From Eledone cirrhosa (taxonomy: Eukaryota), in NCBI GenBank assembly GCA_964016885.1, contig OZ024743.1, forward strand, positions 148,924,001-148,988,000: a stretch of 64,000 bases of DNA, in the 5' to 3' direction. The translations under genes and the position numbers were made by a program. Positions 53,810-64,000 of the stretch are shown here, one piece after another. Within the stretch, counting starts at the first letter, position 1; every line of letters begins with the position of its first letter. The notes beneath the pieces were generated by a model that was given only the letters and a program-made list of their open reading frames with translations, searched no databases and was not told the DNA's origin.

Positions 53810-54256
53810 GTGTATGTATATATATATGTACTATATATATGTATATATATATTCATCTATATATATATATGTATATATATATGTACATATATATTTATGT
53901 ATATATATATGTATATATATAAATATATATGTATATATATATATAAATATATATATATGCAAAGTTTTATTTAAATTGTTGGGTTACAACGAGTAAATAT
54001 TTATAACTGATATAAAAGCACTCAACAAGTATTTGGAGTATATTTACGATATTAAAAATGGAAACTATATTTATAAAACCATATTTATTTCCTTATATAT
54101 ATTTCAGGGATATCATATTAAAAATATGTTATGCCTTCTTCAGACAAAATACAATATAAACAGTCTTATAAATAGATAGATTTGACATACCTTTCAACTT
54201 CATCTTCCATTTAAAAAGTTGATTTGGTAGTGAAAAATGTTAGGGACAGTTATAAA

Positions 54257-54308
<52 letters not shown>

Positions 54309-54607
54309 AAAACGAAGAAAAAGAAGAAATGCATGCAACTAAATAGAGAAAGATAGATATAGAGAGATAGATAGAGAGAGGAATTCATGTAAAGAAACAG
54401 AGAGAGATATAGAGAGAGAGGAAAAAACACAGAGGGAGATAGATAGAGAGAGAGAGAGAGAGGGAGAGAGAGAGAAAAGAGAGAGAGAAAAAAAAAATAG
54501 AGAGAGATAGATATAGATAGAGATAGAGAGAAAGAAAATAGGTAGTTGGGCACCAGTTGAATGACGTATCAATATATATATATATATACATATATATACA
54601 TATATAT

Positions 54608-55929
54608 AAATGGAAAAATTGAAATTTCATTTCTCACTCTTAGTACGGCTGATACTTAAATATAAGTATGTATACGTACATACATATATGTATACAAACG
54701 TACAGTAGTATGTATATACATACATACATACATGCACACATATATATATGTACGTATGGGGTTACCGAACATTTATTATAATGTCCGGTTTGTTTGTAAA
54801 CAAACAGCCCGAATTAAGCCGTACAGTGTTCGGCAACCATCGTTGCCCTTTTGTTCAACACAGACAAAGGAACGATGAACAAGTTTCTAGCATATTAGCT
54901 GGCATCAGCACCGTAAACCTTCCTGTCAGTTGATTGAACGTTTGAAAGTATTTACTTTCCTGATGCATATTAACGGCTGAGCAGCCTAATTTGCATATCG
55001 AGTGAGTTAGTCGGCCGGGCGTACCGAAAACAATAAATGGAAAAAATGAAATTTCAATTCTCACTCTTAATACGGCTGATACTTAAATATAAGTATGTAT
55101 ACGTACATACATATATGTATACATATATGTATACATACATATATGTACAGTAGTATGTATATACATACATGCACACATATATATATGTACGATAATATGC
55201 ATAAGGAAAGTATATACTTTCAAACATTCAATCGACTGACAGGAAGGTATTCGGTGCTGATGACAGCTAATAAGCTAGAAACTACTTCATTGTTCCTTTG
55301 TCAGTGTTGAACAAAAGGGCAACGATGGTTGCCAAACACTGTACGGCTTAATTCGGGCTGTTTGTTTACAAACAGCCCGAACATTATAATAAGTGTTCAG
55401 TAAACCCATACGTACATATATATATATATGTGTGCATGTATGTATGTATATACATACTACTGTACGTCTGTATACATATATGTATGTACGTATACATAGT
55501 TATATTTAAGTATCAGCCGTACTAAGTGTGAGAAATGAAATTTCAATTTTTCCATTTATTGTTTTCGGTACGCCTGGCTAACTAACTCACTCGATATGCA
55601 AATTAGGCTGCTCAGCCGTGAATATGCATAGGGAAAGTATATACTTTCAAACGTTCAATCGATTGACACGAAGGTATACGGTGCTGATGACAGCTAATAA
55701 GCTAGAAACTAGTTTATCGTTCCTTTGTCAGTGTTGAACAAAAGGGCCACGCTGGTTGCCGAACACTGTACGGCTTAATTCGGGCTGTTTGTTTACAAAC
55801 AAACCGAACATTATAATAAATGTTCGGTAAATCCATACGTACATATATATATCTGTGGGCATGTATGTATGTATATACATACTACTGTACGTTTGTATAC
55901 ATATATGTATGTACGTATACATACTTATA

Positions 55930-55931
<2 letters not shown>
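54608..55931. mobile_element. Non-coding 427-bp tandem HHR repeat, head-to-head arrays joined at ~55190
   Basis: Period of 427 (54608/55035; HHR cores at 55257/55684); degenerate - strand HHR at 54872-54914. Confidence 0.85.
55678..55720 (+). ncRNA. Type I hammerhead ribozyme
   Basis: acggtg-CTGATGA-c agct aata agct a-GAAAC-ta-GTT-tatcgt. Confidence 0.75.
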
Positions 55932-55984
<53 letters not shown>

Positions 55985-56227
55985 AAAAGGTAAACATAAA
56001 TAACAACACAATCGGTACAGTATATGGAAGGGATATATTAGATTAACGCTTGATATAGCTGGAAGAGGGTTTTAATGTTTCGGACGCTAGTCCTTCATCA
56101 GAAGAAAGAATGAGAAATAAGATAGATTGAGGGGACGGGAGGGATGGATTTTGAAAAAAATATATTTAGATAAAAATAACAGGTCCATTCAGGTTGACAT
56201 CATATATATACATATATTTATACATAT

Positions 56228-56262
<35 letters not shown>

Positions 56263-56375
56263 CATATATATATGTATATATATATATATACACACACATA
56301 TATATACATATATATATATTCACTTATATATATACACTTATATATACACATATATATATACACACACACACATAT

Positions 56376-56459
<84 letters not shown>

Positions 56460-56979
56460 ATATATATATGTGTATATATAAGTGTATATATACATATATA
56501 CATATTTATACATATATGAGTATATAAGTACACATAGTGACGACATTTTTATATTTATGTTGCAAATTTGTCTCTATGTACACACATACTTACACGTAGA
56601 CATCTACACTCCTTATACATACAAATACACAATTTAATCTAAACAAAAGTTAGTCTGGAGACTCCCTCTCACTCATATAAGCAGCATCCTGTCAGTTTAA
56701 CATTTCTTCAGCTGTCTCAAGATGTCTTTAGAAACGGTTACTTCTTCAGTGTCAGCACCAACTTCTTTTGGCAGCAACACTCACCAGAGATTATAATGCA
56801 ATCAGCTGTGCTAGCAAATAATTACGTGGTACCACATTCTTCACTATTGAGTGTTGAAGGGAATATCTTGTGTTGTGTGCGTCTGTGTGTGTGCACATGT
56901 TTGCGTGTATCTGTCTATGTAAGAATGTGACTAATAATACAGTTTTTTTTCTGTTTATAGACACAGCTACACACACAAC

Positions 56980-57041
<62 letters not shown>

Positions 57042-57131
57042 ATGTTATACATTTCTCTTTCTCTCTCTTACATATATATCTAGATATTTTATATGTAGAT
57101 ATGTATGTGTGTATATATATATATACATATA

Positions 57132-57181
<50 letters not shown>

Positions 57182-59025
57182 TTTTATATGTAAATATGTA
57201 TGTATATATATATTTATATATATATATATATATAAAGAAAAAAAGATGAAATCGAAATGCAACTGGAGTCTTATTTTTTTTTTAAATATATATATTTATT
57301 TGGTTCCTTTACCGGTTTCGCAGTTCTTCTGCTTTTCAAAAGTAGAGTTGAGATGGAGGGTCTGTGGTTTTTCTCATATATATATATATATTCTTAAATA
57401 CATAGATCTTCATACATAACACTTCCCAACACCAAAGTAAAAGGAGCCTACATTTACTGTTACCATACTAAAAAAAAAATACAATCACTCAATTAAATAA
57501 AATTAAAATGATAACCCACTCATTATACTGGTAGTAAGAAGATATATTTTAGTAACCTTCATCATCGCATTTCTGTTGAATTGTGGCTACCAGACAAATT
57601 AGTATGAGATATTTTGGAGTGAACTAAATACTTAATCATATCAACAGAAAAACGCTGCATACCAGATATGCTTACAGGATATATACAATATATACAATAT
57701 ATACTATTTTTTTCTTGTAAAATTCTACCAAACACAAAAATAAAACTAGACTAACCAGGCCAAAATTGACCACACAAAATACATTTACATATATATATCT
57801 ATATATACATATATATTCTTATATACATATATAATCCTATACAGCTATATATACAAATGTACATCTTCTTTGCCCACTTATTCTGCGAGTGTCATGGGAG
57901 CAGAGTTCTCAAGCACAAATTCCAGTGAGTCCTGTCAGAAGGAACTATTTCTAGTTATTGTAGCTGGATCCCCAAGAAAGACCAGCGACTGGTTTTGCTT
58001 ATAAAATCTGTCAAGTGATTCTTTTCATAGACATTTTAAAAACATGGCTGTAATATTGAAATTGTGATCTCTCAATTCAGTGAAGTAGCAGCTTCTACCT
58101 GGAGTGACACATTGATCTCTGAGCTACGCACTTTATTGAGTAACCTTACTCCAAAGAGTATGGCTGCTTGTATTCATGATCATATTCTTTTGGTCATTAC
58201 CCAAGCTTCATGACCATAGGTAAGGGTGTCACAAATACTGAATTGAAGGTAGCAAGATTGACCTTTATATTGACTTCCCTTGTTCTGATGACTAAATGCT
58301 GAAGCTTGCACATTACAGCATCATCTCCTGAAATTCTTGCACTTAATTCAGCCTCCTGCCTTCCATCACTCATGAACACAGCCTTGAGATACTTGAACCT
58401 CTGCCTGCTTCAGTAGAATTCCATTCACAGATAGAGTGCACTGAACCAGCTTTCTTGAGAGCATTAGTGTCTTCGTCTTTACAGCACTGGTTTTCATTCC
58501 TGCCATGCAGCATTTAGCAGTAAACCTATTAAGTGCATGTCAGATATCATCTTCTGACATATTATGTAGTACTATGTATACACAAATTCTACAGCCTCTA
58601 GTCATGACACCATTTCCAGCCTGGCTGTGCATGTTAATCCTGTCCATGAAGATAATCAACAGGGGAGAGGTGACAGTAAGCATGCTTGGTAGAGTCTGAC
58701 ACCCACAATGAATAGCTTCAACTTAGCACAATTTATCTAGGGCATTCAAATAGAGAAATCAAGGCAACACAAAGCTGTTCATTGACCCCACTCTTCTGCA
58801 GAACCTTCTACACTAAGTGCATATATTAATAAGGAGCAATTCAATCACAATCTTAAGTAGTTTCAGCTTCTGCAAAAAAAATACAAATAGAAGAAGTGAT
58901 ATTTGGGTGGATGCGTAGTCACATAGTAAGGTCACAAAGCAATGGCTGATCCAGAGAATGGTCAGTTAGGGGTTAGTTTGACAGCAACAGGAAGAGAAAG
59001 AGGAGACAATGTTTGGAGATAGGGG

Positions 59026-59451
59026 TGTAGCGAATTATGTCTGCACCTTAACCTCTGGGTGACACTTAACGGTCAAATTTTGGGTTACCTCCCTTTTTGT
59101 GTAAACAAGTTGATGCATGGGCGATCCCTCGAGCTAGGGAACAGAGGAAGCGACAGATATAAATAGGCTGTCTTAGACCAGACAAAAGGCAGTTCGGAGC
59201 AGTTCTTGAGAGAATAACGATGTAAAACATTTGCTTTCTACAGACCCATTGGGGTCTACAGACTTCTATAGACCTTTACTCTCTCTCCCTCTCCCCTGGT
59301 CTTACAGACGCTCACCTTCTCTGGCCACAACAAAAACATCGTTAACCTTTATAACTTGTAGTAACTTATTCTTTGTTCATTTATTAAGTGAAATGAAGTA
59401 AATTTTGTATCAAAACGAAACCATCTATTTTGTGTTATTTCACCTCTAACA
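59026..59451 (+). mobile_element. Possible solo LTR
   Basis: TGT..ACA ends, TATAAATA at ~59158, AGTAAA near the 3' end; no TSD found. Confidence 0.25.
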
Positions 59452-59809
59452 ACATTTATTAACCATTGCTTCACTTCAGGGGTAATGCCTTCAGAAGTTA
59501 CACACACATATGAATACATAGCTACACCTGGATACATACTACACTTAGTTATAAGAATGCAATGATATAGAAACTAATGAATATAGGGGAATAATAACAA
59601 TAGTAAAAATACCAAAGATGAAAGTATAATTTATGGATACACAAGATATGCAGTGGGATTGTAGGCAGGCTAACAAAAAAACCCGACTTTGTATATTTTC
59701 TGTAGTAAAGGAGAAGTAAGCACTGAGCAAACATGAAATAAATACATCCAGTTGCCAAGGAAGCTATTTAGAAGTTGTTGACGGCTTTTGTTGTCTAGGT
59801 GACTAAATT

Positions 59810-61055
59810 GGCAATGGGGAAGCAATGCTCTGAAAAGGAAAACAAAGGGATTTACTCTCAGAGTGAAGGGTACACTGAATGATGCCTGTGTGCGAACTGC
59901 AATTCTACATGGCAGTGAAACATTGTCTTTGACCACAGAAGAGTTGAGGAGGTGAGACAAAAATGAAGCAAATATGCTCTGATATATGTGTAATGTTAGT
60001 ATGCATGGGACACATGGAAAAGCAAACCAAGGAATATAAAATAGTAATGGTCAACCTTAAAAAAAAACTAAACATCACAACAGAGACGACAAAGGACCAC
60101 GAGGGCTAGTACTATGCAGTTGTTAGTGAAGATCCGGCTAGCAGCATTCAATGTGATTTGACTTATTCTCATGTCATCCCTTCTACTAGCACACCTTAGT
60201 AGCTACTTTTGCCATCCCTATGCATCCCACCTGTGACCCTTCATTTAACCACATTTTCCACACCTCCACCACTACCTGCACTTAGGTGTTCTCATCCCCA
60301 CTACATCTCCTCTTCCTCTATGCTATCAGTCACCCCTTTACCTCTACCACTCATCACCCTGTCATATCCCACCACACTTGCCATACATACATGACTTAAT
60401 ATTTTTCTCCTTTCTCTTGCTGCCACCCACAGAATAGCAATGGTTCTTCAGTTGAGATAATGACCAGCAACCTCTTGAGTATTGGGGGCCTGAAACTGGA
60501 CCCAATAGACCCTGTAAGTTATTTGGTGCCAAGAAGGGCACCCGACTGTAGAAACCATGACTAGAAGAAGTCTTGAGAGAACCCTTCAGTTGTGACAACC
60601 TCTCTATTCTTGGTGAACCATACAATAAACACACCCAGTACACAGTGTAAAGTTGCTGGTAATATGAAGAGCATCCAGCCAAAGAAATCTTGCCAAACAA
60701 ATAGTTGGGAGGACCCTTCAGTTGTGTCAAGGATATGAAAACCTCCCCAGTGTTTGTGATCTACACAATAAATGCACCCAGTACATGTTCTGAAATGGTT
60801 GATGATAGGAAAAGCATCCAAACATAGAAAGTGTGCCAAACAAAGGGTTGGGAGAATGTTTCAGTCATGTCAAAAATATGACAACCTTTCTTGTGCTGGT
60901 GTACTTGGTAGAATAGGGAACCATATCTGAGATGCAGAGTCCTGGCCTCTCTGGACTGGTCAGTCAGTAGTCCCATTTCAGTACGTACTCAGTCTGTGAA
61001 AACCCCTTCAATCTTTGCTAGAAAGGAAAGTGGATGTTGAATGATGATGGTGATT
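59810..61055 (+). mobile_element. Highly decayed RTE 3' region with degenerate tail repeats
   Basis: LRVKGTLNDACVRTAILHGSET motif; repeated cacccagtac..gcatccag units. Confidence 0.55.
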
Positions 61056-62652
61056 TATATATACATAATAAATATCTATATATCTATAGTAATAATAATA
61101 AATTTGGAGACTAAAATCCAAAGGGCTCGATAAGGATAAATATATATCAAATATATAAGAACCATAGAGCAAATATTTATTAAAATAACAGATTAAAGTT
61201 TAAACAAAGAATCGCTGATTTCACCCTTGTGAAAGCAGCGATTCTTTGCTTAAACTTTAATCTGTTATTTTTAAATATCTATATCTATATATACATATAG
61301 GTTATATAGAAGTAATTATAGTGTAATAATGCATTATTTCATGAAATGCCGATCTGATTAGAATGCCATTTCAATTATTAATTGTAGTTATCTAATTCAT
61401 TGAATATATGTATTAGCACCACGCTTTCCTATATAGAAACAATTGTTGAGATTAACCGTTTAGCATTTACATTATTCTATATACACTATTTATTTTCAAG
61501 GTAAAAACATTATCTCACAGAATTATCTCACATAATATTGAATCAATGAGATTTTAATATTATTTATTTTGAGAAAAATATCTTAACAGTATGAGTGGCA
61601 AGTTACAGCTGGTTTGAACAGAAAGAGGTGAGGGAATTCTGGTCAGATGTGGCCGGGTTAAATTCTTAAGTATTGAAGATCAATTTTGATTAGCAACTTT
61701 GGTTTTCATTCTGTCATCATCATCATCACCCTTTTACATCTATTCTTCCATGCTAGCATGGGTTAGACGAGTTGTGCTGTTGTGGGAAAAGCCAGGTCAG
61801 GTGAACATGTTTTTCTCATACGGAACTGATTTCTACAGCTGGATGCCTTTCCTAACACCAACCTCATTTACAGTGAGTACTGGGTGCTTATTACCGTGGT
61901 GCCTACATGACCACTTTAGAGTTTGGATTGGGTGATTTTTCATCATGACAACTACACAACCACTTTACAGTGGAAAGGAGGTGGAGGCATAATGTCTATA
62001 TGCTTCAGCTTGTACCCATGGGTCTGTATTAAGTGTATACATATATATATGTCCAATTTTCCATGTTGGCATGGGTTGGACAATGTTTTTAGAGACAATA
62101 TTTTCCAGCTGGATGCTCTTCTTGATGCCAACCCTTTTTTGTCACCTCTTACAACCTGCAGCGATACAGTGTATCTGTTGTAAAAACTGGGATACAAACG
62201 GCATATTTATATACAAAACATGTGTATATTCATGTAAGGATGCAATGAAGTACAAAACCACGCATAATAATAAACACATACAAAAGTGAGTCGGGTACAT
62301 GTAAACACAATTGTACACATACATAATAACCAGATGCATACACATATATACAAGCAAAAATACACAAAAAGAAATTACAAATAAACTCTATCTCACACAC
62401 AAATGCACCCACAGATGTATTTCTTATCAACTGCACTAACAAATACACCTTTAATATATGTCTGTATATATATATACATGTGTGCATACATACATAAACA
62501 CACACACACGAGTATACAAATAACCAGTACCATTGAACAATGGTTGCGTGAAGCATAGTCTATATATATATTTGCTTTATCAATCACAGTTGACTGACCT
62601 TCCTCTCTAGAGATCATAGGAAATATGACTATGTTAAGGACTGAGATAAATG

Positions 62653-62686
<34 letters not shown>

Positions 62687-64000
62687 TATGCTAGTACAAA
62701 TATAAGCGAGATAACTAATGATATACAGCAGCCTGTATATTGATCGAATGAGTTGTTATTTGTGTGGTCATTCAACTTGTTAGAAATAGCAGCTAAATAT
62801 CCCATTCAAGCATGTTTGTGGGATTAAGAATTTTATTTGGAAAAAATTGTGCAGGAGCCTGCTATATATGTATGTTTGTGTGTGTATTTCCTGGTGTAAA
62901 CTGATGTGTCAAATTGTTTCCATATGTCACATGCTTAACTTATATATTTAACAAATAGAAATCAATAAGCAATAGATTGCATTGATTATTAGGGCTTGAT
63001 ATGATTAGCTAAGCCCTTGACTGCAGTCAAATTACCAAAACCAGCAGAAGAATTTTTTTTAAATATAAGAGAATTGGATAACATGGAGATAGAGACATGG
63101 ATGGACTGGGTGGAACACTTTTGCTGATAAATCTCCTTGATCAGATCTAAACAGGTTCTAAACATCAACAAACTGTTTAACTATTTATTGTTGTCATTTC
63201 TCTTAAACTTCTCACATGCACTTTTCCATGTACACCTATCTTATTAGGACCATTTGTTGTTGTTATTGCTTTCATTTGTATTATCCTTATTCGAGTTTTA
63301 AAATGTTAGTCTTACTGCTTGATAATTGTTTCTACTTTTGGCACAAGGCCAGCAATTATCCCAGTGTATTACTGGTACTTTATTTTATCGATCCCATAAG
63401 GATGAAAGGCAAAGTTAACCTCGGCGGGATTTAACTCAGAATGGCAAGGGGCGTAATTCTATGTGTCAAAGCATGTCGTCCGACCCTTTACCGATACTGC
63501 CAATCCATTGCCCTTACTGTTTGATAATGATTTCTAATTTAAACACAAGGCCTGTAATTTGAAGGGAAAGGTAAAGTTGATTATATTAACCACTGTACTT
63601 GACTGGTACTTTATTTTATTGACACCAGATGGATGGAAGACAAAAGTGGCCTCAGCATAATTTGAATGTAAAAGGCCACACATAATCCCCTGTTCTTTTG
63701 TCATTCAATAATGAAAGTATTTAAAAGACAGAAAGGAGTGACAATATATATATGAAACTAAAGCTGACCAGTTGATGTGTTTTTTATTTCTTTACTAGCT
63801 CACTGTTCTTAGTTCACTTCACACTATCATCCCTTTAGCCTTTTGGTCCTTCATAACTCATAAAATATGTACCAGTAATCTACCAGATTTTCAATCAAAT
63901 TATTCTCAATGTATTGAGTAGAAAACATATCAATTTTTATGCATAAAATTATACAGGTATTGTATTTTTTTCTCTAGCACAGCTCTATCTAAATTTAAAT

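Overview
AT-rich, microsatellite-dense eukaryotic (animal) DNA with no host gene I can confidently identify. The SINE/LINE content resembles an octopus-type cephalopod genome (inference). Nearly all of the supplied ORFs are translations of (TA)n/(CA)n/(AGT)n repeats. Recognisable content: decayed RTE LINEs and RTE-derived non-autonomous elements, two tRNA-derived SINE families (one Nin/Deu-domain-like, one CORE-like with an RTE-type tail), a Buster-type hAT element with TIRs and TSD, mariner relics (one amplified into a 6x171-bp array), and three Penelope-like element (PLE) coding relics. The main signal is about 30 type I hammerhead ribozyme (HHR) motifs, read by eye, from more than a dozen sequence families. 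Most lie in short elements inserted into (TA)n tracts as head-to-head fold-backs. Two related non-coding families (466-bp and 427-bp tandem units, 50.5-55.9 kb) pair an HHR with a conserved octamer + TATA-like module and look like retrozyme / newt-satellite-2-type elements. One family carries a compensatory U3:A8 catalytic-core variant. All folds were assigned by eye and none is experimentally tested.
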